Shown piece after piece: positions 1 through 10,433 of a stretch of 64,000 bases of DNA. The DNA is taken from positions 2,924 through 66,923 of the forward strand of contig JAJEIM010000042.1 in assembly GCA_022827785.1 (NCBI GenBank), written 5' to 3'. Each line of letters starts with the position of its first letter. The stretch's first letter is position 1. Under the pieces are notes generated by a model. The model was not told the origin of the DNA, did not search any database, and was given only the letters and a program-made list of their open reading frames with translations. Position numbers and translations under genes: made by a program. This stretch comes from Acidimicrobiia bacterium (GTDB lineage: Bacteria; Actinomycetota; Acidimicrobiia; Spongiisociales; Spongiisociaceae).

Positions 1-1
1 G

Positions 2-1360
2 GAGCCGGAGATCTCGATCACCGGCGGAACGTCGATACTGGTCCAGCTACCCGGTGTGACCGATCAGGAACGGGCGCTGGACGCGGTGGGGAGAACAGGG
101 CTCCTGTCATTCCGGCCGGTCCTGTCCTGCACCTCGCAGGCCTTCTCCGGGGGCTGCCTGCCGGGGGCCCTCTCGCCGATCCATCTGGAGGCCCAGCAGC
201 AGGGCGAAGGCTTCGCGTTCCCGGACGGAGTCGACCCCGAGACCGGACTCACCATCGAGGACGACATCAACGCGGCCAGATCCTTCCTCCCCGAATACGA
301 CGACCTGGGGAACATCGTGGCCGTTTACGAGGTGGGCCCGGCCGATATAGCCGCGCATCGCCAGGGCATCTGCAGAGACGGGCTGGACTGCTCCCGAATA
401 CCCGCGGCGCCGAGCCCCCTGACCGGTGCGGAGGTGGCTTCGGCCCTGGCGCTCTTCGGGCAGTACGCGGACAGCGCATGGACCGTACAACTCAACATGA
501 CCGGCGAGGGCGCCGGCCGGTTCGCGGCGGTCACCGGACTGCTCGCCCAGTACCCCTTGGGAACCCCCAACCGCCGGCTGGCGATAGTGCTGGACGGCGC
601 GGTCGTTTCGGCGCCGGAGATCTCCAGCGGGGTCGGTCCGGGCGGAATAACGGGAGGCACCGCGGTGATAACCCTGGGCGCCTCGGGAGACGTGCAGGAG
701 GAGGCGGAGGACCTGACCACGGTGTTGCGGTACGGGTCGTTGCCGGTGGCCTTCGAGCGATCCTCGGTCCAGAAGGTCTCCGCCACCCTCGGAGAGGACT
801 CCCTGCGAGCCGGCCTGATCGCGGGCCTCGGCGGCTTGGCGCTGGTCGTGCTGTTCCTGCTGGTCTACTACCGGTCCTTGGGATTGATAACGCTGCTGGG
901 CCTGAGCGTGTTCGGCAGCCTGCTGGTGGTCATCTTCGGGGTGCTCGGAGCCTGGCAGGGCCTGACCCTGACCCTTGCCGGGGTGGCCGGGGTGATCGTG
1001 TCGGTGGGGATCACCGCCGACTCCTACATCGTCCTGTTCGAGCGGACCAAGGAGGAGATCCGCAACGGCCGGACCGTGGTGGACGCGACCAGGGAGGGCT
1101 ACCGCCGCGCCTTCCGGACCATCCTGACCGCCGATTTCGTATCGTTCGTCGGCGCGGTGCTGCTGTGGGCGCTGGCGATCGGCCCGGTCAAGGGCTTCGC
1201 GCAGGCACTGGGCATCGCCACGGTGCTCGACGTGATCATCTTCGCCGTGTTCACGCGTAACGCGTCGGCAATCATGGCCCGGAGCCGTCTCGGCGACGGT
1301 GGTTTCTTCAGCATCCGGGGCACCACCGAGCAGCGGTTACCCCAAGGGATCACCCGATGA
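2..1360 (+). CDS. secD: Protein translocase subunit SecD (5' end outside window; frame open from base 2)
   Basis: Reading frame open to the window edge. ITGGTSILVQLPGV motif, then a C-terminal multi-TM domain typical of SecD. Stop overlaps the secF start (ATGA). Confidence 0.85.
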   Translation, partial: EPEISITGGTSILVQLPGVTDQERALDAVGRTGLLSFRPVLSCTSQAFSGGCLPGALSPIHLEAQQQGEGFAFPDGVDPETGLTIEDDINAARSFLPEYDDLGNIVAVYEVGPADIAAHRQGICRDGLDCSRIPAAPSPLTGAEVASALALFGQYADSAWTVQLNMTGEGAGRFAAVTGLLAQYPLGTPNRRLAIVLDGAVVSAPEISSGVGPGGITGGTAVITLGASGDVQEEAEDLTTVLRYGSLPVAFERSSVQKVSATLGEDSLRAGLIAGLGGLALVVLFLLVYYRSLGLITLLGLSVFGSLLVVIFGVLGAWQGLTLTLAGVAGVIVSVGITADSYIVLFERTKEEIRNGRTVVDATREGYRRAFRTILTADFVSFVGAVLLWALAIGPVKGFAQALGIATVLDVIIFAVFTRNASAIMARSRLGDGGFFSIRGTTEQRLPQGITR

Positions 1361-2370
1361 GCGCCATCGGCCGTCTGTACCGCGGTGAGACATCGATCGA
1401 TTTCGTCGGCCAGGCCCGCCGGTGGTTCATCGTCTCGGGCGTAGCGATCGCGATCTGCCTGCTGAGCCTGGCTATCCGCAACCTCAACCTCAGCCTCGAT
1501 TTCACGGGCGGGACCTCCATCAGCATGCCCAATCCGGCTGCTGCCGGGATCGGCGAGATCCGCTCGGCCCTCGGATCGGAGGGCACCGCCGCACGGGTGC
1601 AGCTGGTCGACGATGGCGCGTCGGTCCGGATCCAGACCGAGGCGGTCGGTCTCGACACCGAGCGGGCGATGGTGCTGTCACTCGTCGAGGTGACCGGGAC
1701 CCGGATCGAGTTGACCGACGTGGAGTCGGTGGGTCCCACGTTCGGGCGCCAGATTGCCGGACGGGCCGTGCAGGCATTGCTGGTGTTCCTCGGCGTAGTG
1801 GTGGTCTTCATCAGCATCCGGTTCGAGTGGAAGATGGCGATCGGCGCGATTGCGGCCCTGCTGCACGACCTCATACTGACGGCGGGGGCGTATTCGCTGG
1901 TGGGTTTCGAGGTCACCCCGGCCACGGTGGTGGCGGTGCTGACGATCCTCGGATACTCCCTCTACGACACCGTGGTCGTCTACGACAAGATCAAGGAGAA
2001 CGTGGAGTCCGACCAGGACCGGCGGACGTACACCGATCTGGTGGACCGTTCGATGAACCAGGTATTGATGCGCTCCATCAACACGTCCCTCACCAGCCTG
2101 CTCCCGGTCGGCTCACTCCTGTTCATCGGTTCCTTGCTGCTGGGCGCCGGCACGCTCCGCGACTTCGCGCTGGCCCTGTTCGTCGGGATCGGCGCGGGCA
2201 CGTACTCGTCGATATTCGTGGCGGCCCCGCTGCTCGCCCTGTGGAAGGAACGCGAGACCGAGTGGGCGAGGCGCCGCTACCGGTCGGAGCGCAAGGCCGG
2301 CGGGTCCGGCCCCTCCCCGCACCGGCTCAGCTCCAGAGGCCAGAGCGCCGCTCGCCGGAGGAAGAAGTGA
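1357..2370 (+). CDS. secF: Protein translocase subunit SecF
   Basis: N-terminus MSAIGRLYRGETSIDFVG...LSLDFTGGTSI is the SecF signature. 4-nt overlap with secD. Confidence 0.9.
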   Translation: MSAIGRLYRGETSIDFVGQARRWFIVSGVAIAICLLSLAIRNLNLSLDFTGGTSISMPNPAAAGIGEIRSALGSEGTAARVQLVDDGASVRIQTEAVGLDTERAMVLSLVEVTGTRIELTDVESVGPTFGRQIAGRAVQALLVFLGVVVVFISIRFEWKMAIGAIAALLHDLILTAGAYSLVGFEVTPATVVAVLTILGYSLYDTVVVYDKIKENVESDQDRRTYTDLVDRSMNQVLMRSINTSLTSLLPVGSLLFIGSLLLGAGTLRDFALALFVGIGAGTYSSIFVAAPLLALWKERETEWARRRYRSERKAGGSGPSPHRLSSRGQSAARRRKK

Positions 2371-2415
2371 GGTCCCGAGTCTCCGCTGCTCGGTCGGACC
2401 GGATCAGCCTTTAGA

Positions 2416-2952
2416 ATGACGGAGATGGATGTTGGCCGGCTGAGCGCGTTGATCCGCGATGTCCCCGGCTTCCCGGTTCCGGAGGTGACGTTCAAGGACA
2501 TCACGCCGTTGCTGGCCGATCCCGACGCCCTCCGGTCGGCCGTGGAACTGATGGCGGCTCCATTCGAAGATTCGGGTGTGACCATGGTGGCGGGGATAGA
2601 GGCCCGGGGATTCGTGCTCGCGCCCGCTGTGGCCCTGGTCCTCCGCAGTGGCTTCGTACCGTTGCGCAAGCCGGGCAAGTTGCCGTATCGCGCCCGCAGG
2701 GAGGAGTACCAGCTCGAATACGGTGTCGATGCGCTGGAGGTTCATGTCGACGGGGTTGGCCCGGAAGACCGGGTGCTGGTTGTGGACGACGTGATAGCCA
2801 CCGGCGGCACGGCCCGGGCGGGAACCAACCTGATCCGGGGGCTGGGCGCGGAGTTGGTCGGCATGGCGGTCCTCATCGAGCTGACCTTTCTGGCCGGAAG
2901 GGAAGCGTTGGACGGAGTCGATCTTCACTCGATCCTGACCTATGACAGCTGA
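2416..2952 (+). CDS. apt: Adenine phosphoribosyltransferase
   Basis: PRTase motif VLVVDDVIATGGTA, length 178 aa. Conserved position between secF and rel. Confidence 0.9.
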   Translation: MTEMDVGRLSALIRDVPGFPVPEVTFKDITPLLADPDALRSAVELMAAPFEDSGVTMVAGIEARGFVLAPAVALVLRSGFVPLRKPGKLPYRARREEYQLEYGVDALEVHVDGVGPEDRVLVVDDVIATGGTARAGTNLIRGLGAELVGMAVLIELTFLAGREALDGVDLHSILTYDS

Positions 2953-2955
2953 ACC

Positions 2956-5148
2956 ATGACCGACCTTGCGGTAGCGCGCGGTCGCCACGATGCCGCCCAG
3001 GCCGAGCTCGAACCGATCCTTGCCGCCCTTCGAAGCCACTTCCCGGATGCCGACGACGACATCATCATCCATGCCTACGATCTGGCCCAGAGCCACCATG
3101 CCGGCCAGTTCCGGCTTACCGGCGACCCGTACATCACCCATCCCATCGCGGTCGCCCAGATACTGGCCGAGTACGGGCTCGATCCGGAGACGATCGCCGC
3201 CGGATTGCTCCATGACACGGTGGAGGACACGGACCTGACCCTCGACGAGGTCGAGCGCATGTTCGGCGAGAACGTGGCCCGGATCACCGACGGTGTCACC
3301 AAGCTGGACGGAGTGGAGTTCGACATCACACGGGAGGAGGCCCAGGCCGAGACCATCCGCAAGATGGTGGTGTCGATGGCCCAGGATGTACGGGTGCTGA
3401 TCATCAAGCTCGCCGACCGGCTCCATAACCTCCGGACGATCTACCCGTTGCCGGTGGAGCGCCAGCAGGTCAAGGCGCGGGAGAGCCTGGAGATCTACGC
3501 GCCGCTGGCTCACCGGCTGGGATTCCAGGAAGTCAAGCATGAGATGGAGAACCTCTGCTTCCAGATCCTCTACCCGGGCCGCTACCAGGAGATCGAGGAA
3601 CTCATCCGCCGGCGGGCACCCGAGCGGGAGGCTGTGATCGACCAGGTCATGTCGGAGGCGAGGGAGATGCTGACCCGAGTCGGCATCGACGCGGTGCTCA
3701 AGGGCCGTCCGAAGCACCACTATTCGATCTACCGCAAGATGGTCGACAGCCAGTTGCCGTTCGAGGATATCCACGACCTGATCGGGATCCGCATCCTGGT
3801 GGAGGTTGTCAAGGACTGCTACGGGGCCCTGGGGCTGGTCCACTCCCGGTGGACTCCGGTCCAAGGGCGGTTCAAGGACTACATAGCGCTCCCCAAGTTC
3901 AATCTGTACCAGAGCCTGCACACCACCGTGATCGGTCCGGACGGGAAGCCGCTGGAGGTGCAGATCCGCACCCACGAGATGGACACGCGGGCGGAGTTCG
4001 GCATCGCCGCCCACTGGAGGTACAAGGAGGGTGGGACCAGCACCGACCTGGCGTGGATGGTGGACCTCCGCAACCTGCCGGCCGACTACGAGGATCCGGT
4101 CGAGTTCCTGGCCAACCTGAAGCTCGACCTGTACGAGGATCTGGTGTTCGTGCTCACCCCGCAGGGGGACGTCAAGACCCTGCCGCGCGGCGCCACTCCC
4201 GTGGACTTCGCCTACTCGGTACACACCGAGGTGGGCCACCGGTGCGTGGGCGCCAGGGTGAACGGGCGGCTGGTGACCCTGGCCACCGAGCTCCAGTCGG
4301 GTGACATCGTGGAGATCATCACCACCAAGTCCGATGACTCCGGTCCCACTCGCGACTGGCTCGGCTTCGTCCGCACCTCCAAGGCCCGCTCGAAGATCAA
4401 GCAGTGGTTCTCGCGGGCTCGCCGCAAGGAGTCCCTCCAGCGGGGCCGGGATTCCGTCCAGGACCTGATCAGGCGGGATCGGGTCCATATCGTCAAGAAC
4501 GAGCGGAGCAAGGTACTCCACGATGCGGCGCTCGCTCTCGGCTACCGCGACACGGAGACGATGTACATCGCAGTGGGGGACGGTGCGGTGGCCCCGCAAA
4601 CCGTCGTCGGCCGGATCAAGCGGGTGCTGTCGGTGCCGGTGGTGGGGGAGGATCTCGGAACGCTCGACCCGGTACGGCGGAGGACGGACCGGCCGGCCGG
4701 TGAGGGCGTCATCGTGGAAGGGTTCGATGACGTCTGGGTCCGGATCGCCCGCTGCTGCAGCCCGGTGCCCGGCGATGACCTCGTGGGGTTCGTCACCATC
4801 GGTCGAGGAGTGTCGATCCATCGCACCGAGTGCAGCAACATCCAGCGCCTGGCAGGTGAGGAGGAGCGCATGATCGAAGCGAGTTGGGCTCCGGGCCAAC
4901 TCAGCAGCTTCAGCGCGTGGATACAGGTGGAGGCTCTCGACCGGCCCAACCTGCTCCGGGACATCACCTCGGTCATATCTGATGCGGGCGCCAACATCGT
5001 GGGGGCGTCCTCCCGGACCGATCGCGACCGGGTGGCGGTCCTCCGGTACGAGGTGGAGCTATCGGATCCGGGCCAACTCGACCGCCTTCTGGCCGGTGTG
5101 CGCCGGGTTGCCAGCGTGTACGACGCCTTCCGCCTGAGGCCCGGCTGA
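2956..5148 (+). CDS. rel: Bifunctional (p)ppGpp synthetase/hydrolase Rel
   Basis: HD-domain motif HDTVEDT near the N-terminus, then synthetase, TGS and ACT regions. 730 aa. Confidence 0.92.
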   Translation: MTDLAVARGRHDAAQAELEPILAALRSHFPDADDDIIIHAYDLAQSHHAGQFRLTGDPYITHPIAVAQILAEYGLDPETIAAGLLHDTVEDTDLTLDEVERMFGENVARITDGVTKLDGVEFDITREEAQAETIRKMVVSMAQDVRVLIIKLADRLHNLRTIYPLPVERQQVKARESLEIYAPLAHRLGFQEVKHEMENLCFQILYPGRYQEIEELIRRRAPEREAVIDQVMSEAREMLTRVGIDAVLKGRPKHHYSIYRKMVDSQLPFEDIHDLIGIRILVEVVKDCYGALGLVHSRWTPVQGRFKDYIALPKFNLYQSLHTTVIGPDGKPLEVQIRTHEMDTRAEFGIAAHWRYKEGGTSTDLAWMVDLRNLPADYEDPVEFLANLKLDLYEDLVFVLTPQGDVKTLPRGATPVDFAYSVHTEVGHRCVGARVNGRLVTLATELQSGDIVEIITTKSDDSGPTRDWLGFVRTSKARSKIKQWFSRARRKESLQRGRDSVQDLIRRDRVHIVKNERSKVLHDAALALGYRDTETMYIAVGDGAVAPQTVVGRIKRVLSVPVVGEDLGTLDPVRRRTDRPAGEGVIVEGFDDVWVRIARCCSPVPGDDLVGFVTIGRGVSIHRTECSNIQRLAGEEERMIEASWAPGQLSSFSAWIQVEALDRPNLLRDITSVISDAGANIVGASSRTDRDRVAVLRYEVELSDPGQLDRLLAGVRRVASVYDAFRLRPG

Positions 5149-5222
5149 TGGGGGCGAGTGCCAGGTGTGGCCGTGAGGAGTCGGAACCGGCGCCGATCCG
5201 TCGCATCTAATCTGGCCGCCTT

Positions 5223-5870
5223 ATGTTGATCCTCCAACTCGAGTTGTGGCTGGTCGCCACCAACACCTACGTAGTCGCCCCCGAGGCCGGTGGGCCGGCG
5301 GTCATCATCGATGCGCCACCGGAATGTTTCGAGCCCCTCACCGACCTGCTGGCGACGCACGATCTGACGCCGACGGCCTTACTGGTCACCCACGGACATG
5401 TCGATCATCTCGGAGGCGCCGCCGACCTCGTGGCTCGAACCGGGGTCGCCGCCTACCTCCACCCGGAGGATGACTTCCTGGCCCGGCGCCCGGAGGATCA
5501 GCTCCGCGTCTTGATGGGCACCGTGCCGCCCGGCGACTACCGGCCGCCCGAGACGTATCGGGAACTCTCCGACGGTCAGGTTCTCGACCTGGCCGGCCTC
5601 CGGCTCGGAGTGGTCGCAACGCCGGGACACACGCCCGGGCACTGCTGCTTCTATCTGGCCGAAGAGGGGGTGTTCTTCTCGGGCGACCACCTGCTGGCCG
5701 GCTCGATCGGGCGCACCGACCTCCCCGGCGCTGACCAACAGACCCTCATGACCAGCATGAGGGACAAGATCCTTCCACTTGACGACGGGGTTACTGTGAT
5801 GCCGGGCCATGGCCCTTCGACCACCGTGGGTCGCGAACGGCGGTCCAACCCCTTTCTGATAGGTCTGTGA
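5223..5870 (+). CDS. MBL-fold metallo-hydrolase (glyoxalase II-like)
   Basis: THGHVDHLGG metal-binding motif and later GHTPGH. 215 aa. Confidence 0.7.
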   Translation: MLILQLELWLVATNTYVVAPEAGGPAVIIDAPPECFEPLTDLLATHDLTPTALLVTHGHVDHLGGAADLVARTGVAAYLHPEDDFLARRPEDQLRVLMGTVPPGDYRPPETYRELSDGQVLDLAGLRLGVVATPGHTPGHCCFYLAEEGVFFSGDHLLAGSIGRTDLPGADQQTLMTSMRDKILPLDDGVTVMPGHGPSTTVGRERRSNPFLIGL

Positions 5871-7115
5871 ATGAGCTTCCGGGCGCCCAAGGGCACCGAC
5901 GACATATTGCCTCCGGAGTCCCGGCGTTGGCGCGAGCTGCTCCGGTCCTGGGATCTGCTGGCGGAACAGTACGGGTACGCCTACGTCGCCACCCCCGTAT
6001 TCGAGGCCACCGACCTGTTCGCACGGGGAGTGGGCGAGGCTACCGAGGTGGTCGAGAAGCAGATGTACAGCTTCCGGGACAAGGGCGGGCGGAGTCTCAC
6101 CCTCCGTCCCGAGGTGACTGCGAGTGTCCTGAGGGCGTACATCCAGGCAGGTCTGTCGGGCGAGTTCAAGGGGGCCTACTCGGGACCTTGCTTCCGGTAC
6201 GAACGCCCGCAGGAGGGCCGCCGCCGGCAGTTCTGGCAGCTGGGGGTCGAGTACCTGGGCGCCCCTGACGCCGAGGCCGATCTGGAGGTGATCGAGCTCG
6301 GCTATCGCTACCTGCTGGACTGCGGTCTCGGGGACGTGGTCGTGCACGTGAACTCCATCGGCGACGCCCCGGATCGGGTGGCCTACCACGACCGGCTTTC
6401 GGGGTGGTTGGACGAGCGGAGCCACCTGCTCTCCCCGGATGCCCGCAGGCGGATCCGTACCAACCCCTTGCGGGTGCTGGACTCCAAGGCCGACCGGGAA
6501 GTGGTGGCCGATGCCCCCGTCCCCGTCGATTACCTGGAGGGCGAGGCCGCCGCGCATCACGACCAACTCATCGCGGGTCTCCAGGAACGGGGGATCGCGC
6601 ACCGGCATGCGCCCCGGCTGGTACGGGGCTTGGACTACTACAACCGCACCGTGTTCGAGTACATCCCGCCCCGCTATGCGGCCGCCCATAACGCGGTCGG
6701 CGGCGGCGGCCGTTACGACGGATTGTCCCGCTTGCTCGGTGGTGCGGATCTGCCGGGCGTCGGCCTGGCGCTCGGGCTCGACCGGATCCTGTCGGCCGCG
6801 GGGCAGAGCCCTCCGGCGAGGGCGTTGGACGTGTTCCTGGTAGTGGCCGACCAGGAGCGCCGCAGCCTCGCCCATGCTTTCGCTCGTCGCCTCAGGGCAG
6901 CCGGGGTCAGGTGTGATCTGGTGGCGGGCCGCCGATCGGTCAAGGCGCAGTTCCGGGCGGCCAATCGGCGTGACGCGGCGGCGGCGGTGGTGATCGGCGC
7001 CGAGTGGGATCAGGGGATGGTGACCTTCAAGGACCTAAGTTCGGGCGACGAGCGCACCATCCCGGCCGGCGAGGTGGCGGCGTGGGTGATCGGCGGGCCC
7101 GGGGGAGGGTCCTGA
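5871..7115 (+). CDS. hisS: Histidine--tRNA ligase
   Basis: MSFRAPKGTDDILP N-terminus and class-II aaRS motifs. Stop TGA overlaps the aspS ATG (ATGA at 7113-7117). Confidence 0.92.
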   Translation: MSFRAPKGTDDILPPESRRWRELLRSWDLLAEQYGYAYVATPVFEATDLFARGVGEATEVVEKQMYSFRDKGGRSLTLRPEVTASVLRAYIQAGLSGEFKGAYSGPCFRYERPQEGRRRQFWQLGVEYLGAPDAEADLEVIELGYRYLLDCGLGDVVVHVNSIGDAPDRVAYHDRLSGWLDERSHLLSPDARRRIRTNPLRVLDSKADREVVADAPVPVDYLEGEAAAHHDQLIAGLQERGIAHRHAPRLVRGLDYYNRTVFEYIPPRYAAAHNAVGGGGRYDGLSRLLGGADLPGVGLALGLDRILSAAGQSPPARALDVFLVVADQERRSLAHAFARRLRAAGVRCDLVAGRRSVKAQFRAANRRDAAAAVVIGAEWDQGMVTFKDLSSGDERTIPAGEVAAWVIGGPGGGS

Positions 7116-8914
7116 TGGCCACCTACCGTTCCCACTTCGCTGACGAGCTCGGACCCGACCAGTTGGGCCGGCATGTGAAGGTGGCCGGCTGGGTGGCTCG
7201 GGTCAGGGACCTGGGCGGTATCTCGTTCTTCGACCTGAGGGACGGGCGGGGGACGGTGCAGGTGGTGGTCGATCCGGCGGTTGTCCCATCGGCCTCGGAC
7301 CTCCGCATGGAGTACTGCGTCCGGGTCGAGGGCACGCTCCGCCGCCGGCCGGCCGGCACCGAGAACCCCGACCTCCCCACCGGGGACTTCGAGGTCGAGG
7401 CCGGATTGCTCGAGGTCTTGAGCAAAGCGGCCCCACTCCCCTTTATGATCGACGACCGGTCCCACTCGGAGGAACGGATCCGGCTCAAGTATCGCTATCT
7501 GGATCTGCGCCGCCCCCGCATGGCCGCCAATCTGCGGGCCCGTTCGAATTGCATCAGCGCCATCCGGCGCACCCTCGACGGCTTGGGGTTCCTCGACGTG
7601 GAAACGCCGACGCTCGTGAACTCGACACCCGAGGGGGCCCGGGACTTTCTGGTCCCGAGCCGGCTGCGGCCCGGCCGTTTCTATGCCCTGCCCCAGAGCC
7701 CCCAACTCTTCAAGCAACTGCTGATGGTGGCGGGGGTGGAGCGCTACTACCAGATCGCCCGCTGCTACAGGGACGAGGACACCCGGGCCGATCGCCAGGT
7801 CGAGTTCACCCAGCTGGATCTGGAGGGATCGTTCTGGGAGCGGGAGGACGTCTTCGCCGCCATCGAACTGGTGGTGGCGGCGGTGGTGCGTGAACTGCGC
7901 GGCGTCGAGCTCCCCCTGCCGCTCCCGAGGATCACCTACCAGGAGGCACTGGCTCGCTACGGCACCGACAAGCCCGATCTACGGTTCGGCATGGAGGTAA
8001 CCGAGCTGTCGGATGCGTTCTCGGGCACCGGTTTCCGCGGCTTCGGCGGCGCCCTCGACGCCGGGGGAGTGGTCCGGGGGATCAACGCAGGTCCGGCGAA
8101 TCCCTCCAGGGCGGAGTTGGACGGTCTGGTGGGCCGGGCCAGGGAATTGGGCGCCGCCGGCCTGGTCTGGGCCGTGGTCAAGGAAGGCGGTGGCTGGCGG
8201 TCGCCAGTGGCCAAGTTCTTGGGCGGAGCCGAGATGGCGGAGGCGACCCGGATACTGGACGCATCGCCGGGCGACCTGTTGCTGCTGGTGGCTGGCGGGG
8301 CCGCCATGGCCTCCTCAGTGCTGGGTGCGATCCGCCTGGACCTGGGCCAGCCCGGCAGCCACGAGGAACTGCGTTTCCTCTGGGTAGTGGACTTTCCGGT
8401 CTTCGAGACCACCGGCGAGGGCGAGTTGGTACCGTCCCACCATCCGTTCACCGCTCCGGTCTCGGTGGAGGAGATGCGCGAGAGGCCGGAGAAGGCGGTG
8501 GCCCAGGCATACGATCTCGTACTCAACGGGTCCGAGCTGGGCTCCGGGTCGGTGCGGATCCATGACCCCGATACCCAGAGGGCCGTGTTCGATACCCTAG
8601 GGATCTCCGATGAGGAGGCCGAGTCCCGTTTCGGCTGGTTTCTTGAGGCTCTCGGCTACGGGACACCTCCCCACGCCGGCTTCGCGGTGGGGATCGATCG
8701 CCTGGTAGCCATCCTCCAGAACGAGACCAGCATCAGAGAGGTGATCCCGTTCCCCAAGACCCAGAGCGGCGCAGATCCGCTCACCACCGGCCCTACCCGG
8801 GTGGCCGACGCCCAGCTGGAGGAACTCGGCCTGGATCTCACCGCTGATGCCAAGGCGGCCCTGGCGGCCACGGACGACCCCCCTTCGGGGCCTTCCGACC
8901 CCTCCGGATCCTGA
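7115..8914 (+). CDS. aspS: Aspartate--tRNA ligase
   Basis: N-terminal OB-fold anticodon-binding region (MATYRSHFADELG...VKVAGWVARVRDLGGISFFDLRDGRG), QSPQLFKQLLM and class-II core. Start chosen at the ATG overlapping the hisS stop rather than the upstream 7004 ORF start. Confidence 0.92.
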   Translation: MATYRSHFADELGPDQLGRHVKVAGWVARVRDLGGISFFDLRDGRGTVQVVVDPAVVPSASDLRMEYCVRVEGTLRRRPAGTENPDLPTGDFEVEAGLLEVLSKAAPLPFMIDDRSHSEERIRLKYRYLDLRRPRMAANLRARSNCISAIRRTLDGLGFLDVETPTLVNSTPEGARDFLVPSRLRPGRFYALPQSPQLFKQLLMVAGVERYYQIARCYRDEDTRADRQVEFTQLDLEGSFWEREDVFAAIELVVAAVVRELRGVELPLPLPRITYQEALARYGTDKPDLRFGMEVTELSDAFSGTGFRGFGGALDAGGVVRGINAGPANPSRAELDGLVGRARELGAAGLVWAVVKEGGGWRSPVAKFLGGAEMAEATRILDASPGDLLLLVAGGAAMASSVLGAIRLDLGQPGSHEELRFLWVVDFPVFETTGEGELVPSHHPFTAPVSVEEMRERPEKAVAQAYDLVLNGSELGSGSVRIHDPDTQRAVFDTLGISDEEAESRFGWFLEALGYGTPPHAGFAVGIDRLVAILQNETSIREVIPFPKTQSGADPLTTGPTRVADAQLEELGLDLTADAKAALAATDDPPSGPSDPSGS

Positions 8915-8926
8915 CCGGTTAGCCGG

Positions 8927-10306
8927 ATGCAATCCGGACCCGACCTGTTCTCCGCCGGCCGGGAAAGACGCCGGCGCCGGGTAGCCCCGCTGGCCGACCG
9001 CATGCGTCCCCGATCCTTGCAGGAGGTGGTGGGCCAACCCGATCTTCTGGGGAAGGGCGCGGCCTTCCGGGCCATGGTCGAGTCGGGCCGCCTGGTCTCT
9101 GTGCTGCTTTTCGGACCGCCGGGTACCGGGAAGACAACGCTCGCCCGACTCATGGCCTCCGAAAGCGACGCGGTCTTCGAGCAGCTGACCGCTTCCGCCC
9201 ATGGGGTGCGTGATGTTCGCCGGGTCCTGGAAGGGGCGGAGCGCCGGCTCGGGGAGGAGGGGACCCGAACGGTGCTGTTCCTGGACGAGATCCATCGCTT
9301 CAACAAGGCCCAGCAGGACGCCCTCCTGCCCGGGGTCGAGAACGGCACGATCATCCTGGTCGGTGCCACCACAGAGAACCCTTTCTTCGAGGTCAACTCC
9401 CCCCTGATCAGCCGGTGCACCCTGTTCCGGCTGGTCCCGCTCTCCGCGGCCTCGGTGGTCGAGCTCCTGCAGCGGGCACTGACCGACCGCGAGAGGGGGC
9501 TGGGCGCCGCAGAGATGGCGATCGACCCGTCGGCGGCCGAGGCCCTGGCCGGGCGGGCGGGAGGAGACGCCCGCCTGTCACTCAACGTTCTCGAGTTGGC
9601 CGCCATCGTGGCCGGCGGTGAGGGACGGGCCACCATCACCTACCGGCACGTGGAGGAGGCCCTCCAGCGCCGAATAATCCGTTACGACAAGAAGGGCGAC
9701 CAGCACTACGACGTCATCTCGGCCTTCATCAAGTCGATGCGGGGCTCCGACCCCGACGCCGCCCTCTACTGGCTCCATACCATGCTGTCGGCCGGCGAGG
9801 ATCCCGAGTTCGTGGCACGACGGATGGTCATCTTCGCCTCCGAGGACATCGGCATGGCCGACCCGGACGCCCTGGTCCAGGCGGTGGCCGCCGCCCAGGC
9901 TCTCGCCATGGCGGGCCTGCCCGAGGCGTCCTACAACCTGTCGCAGGCCGCGGTCTACCTGGCTACCGCTCCCAAGTCCGACTCGGTGAAGCGGTCGATG
10001 GGAGCGGCCCGGCGGGCGGTCGATGAGACCCCCGCCGCCACCGTCCCCGCCCACCTGCGGTCCACCGGTGGCCGGCTGGTGTCATCACAGGTGGACGGCA
10101 CACCGGCCGGCTACGTGGATCCTCACACCGGTCCGGAGCACCTAGCTCCGCAGACGTACCTTCCGGAGCAGATGGAGGGACGGATCCTGTACCGACCCAC
10201 CCGCCAGGGCCGGGAGGCGAGCATCGCCGACCGGCTCGAGGAATGGGACATGGTGCTCGGCCGCCCCACCCGCAGCACCATCGCGGACCAGCCAAAGGAT
10301 CAATAG
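8927..10306 (+). CDS. rarA: Replication-associated recombination protein A (AAA+ ATPase RarA/MgsA)
   Basis: Walker A LFGPPGTGKTTLARLMA, FLDEIHRFNKAQQDALL, and the C-terminal MgsA helical domain. Confidence 0.88.
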   Translation: MQSGPDLFSAGRERRRRRVAPLADRMRPRSLQEVVGQPDLLGKGAAFRAMVESGRLVSVLLFGPPGTGKTTLARLMASESDAVFEQLTASAHGVRDVRRVLEGAERRLGEEGTRTVLFLDEIHRFNKAQQDALLPGVENGTIILVGATTENPFFEVNSPLISRCTLFRLVPLSAASVVELLQRALTDRERGLGAAEMAIDPSAAEALAGRAGGDARLSLNVLELAAIVAGGEGRATITYRHVEEALQRRIIRYDKKGDQHYDVISAFIKSMRGSDPDAALYWLHTMLSAGEDPEFVARRMVIFASEDIGMADPDALVQAVAAAQALAMAGLPEASYNLSQAAVYLATAPKSDSVKRSMGAARRAVDETPAATVPAHLRSTGGRLVSSQVDGTPAGYVDPHTGPEHLAPQTYLPEQMEGRILYRPTRQGREASIADRLEEWDMVLGRPTRSTIADQPKDQ

Positions 10307-10320
10307 CGGCGCCGGAGCAG

Positions 10321-10362
10321 TGGCCGGTGGCCGGTGGCCGGTTGCCAGTGGCCAGTTTGCGG
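10321..10362. repeat. Tandem heptanucleotide array (TGGCCGG x3, TTGCCAG, TGGCCAG, TTTGCGG)
   Basis: Read directly from the sequence in the rarA-alaS intergenic region. Confidence 0.8.
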
Positions 10363-10433
10363 CCTAGAGGTAATCAAGTTCTTGTGGCCCTTGAGACAGT
10401 TGGGTGCCCATCTCGTCCCCGGGGTTACAAAGC

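Noticed and set aside
2404-4899. 831-aa ORF on the minus strand
   Set aside because: Entirely antisense to rel, whose homology is unambiguous. Long stop-free antisense frames are expected at about 68% GC. The sequence is low-complexity Arg/Gly/Pro-rich.
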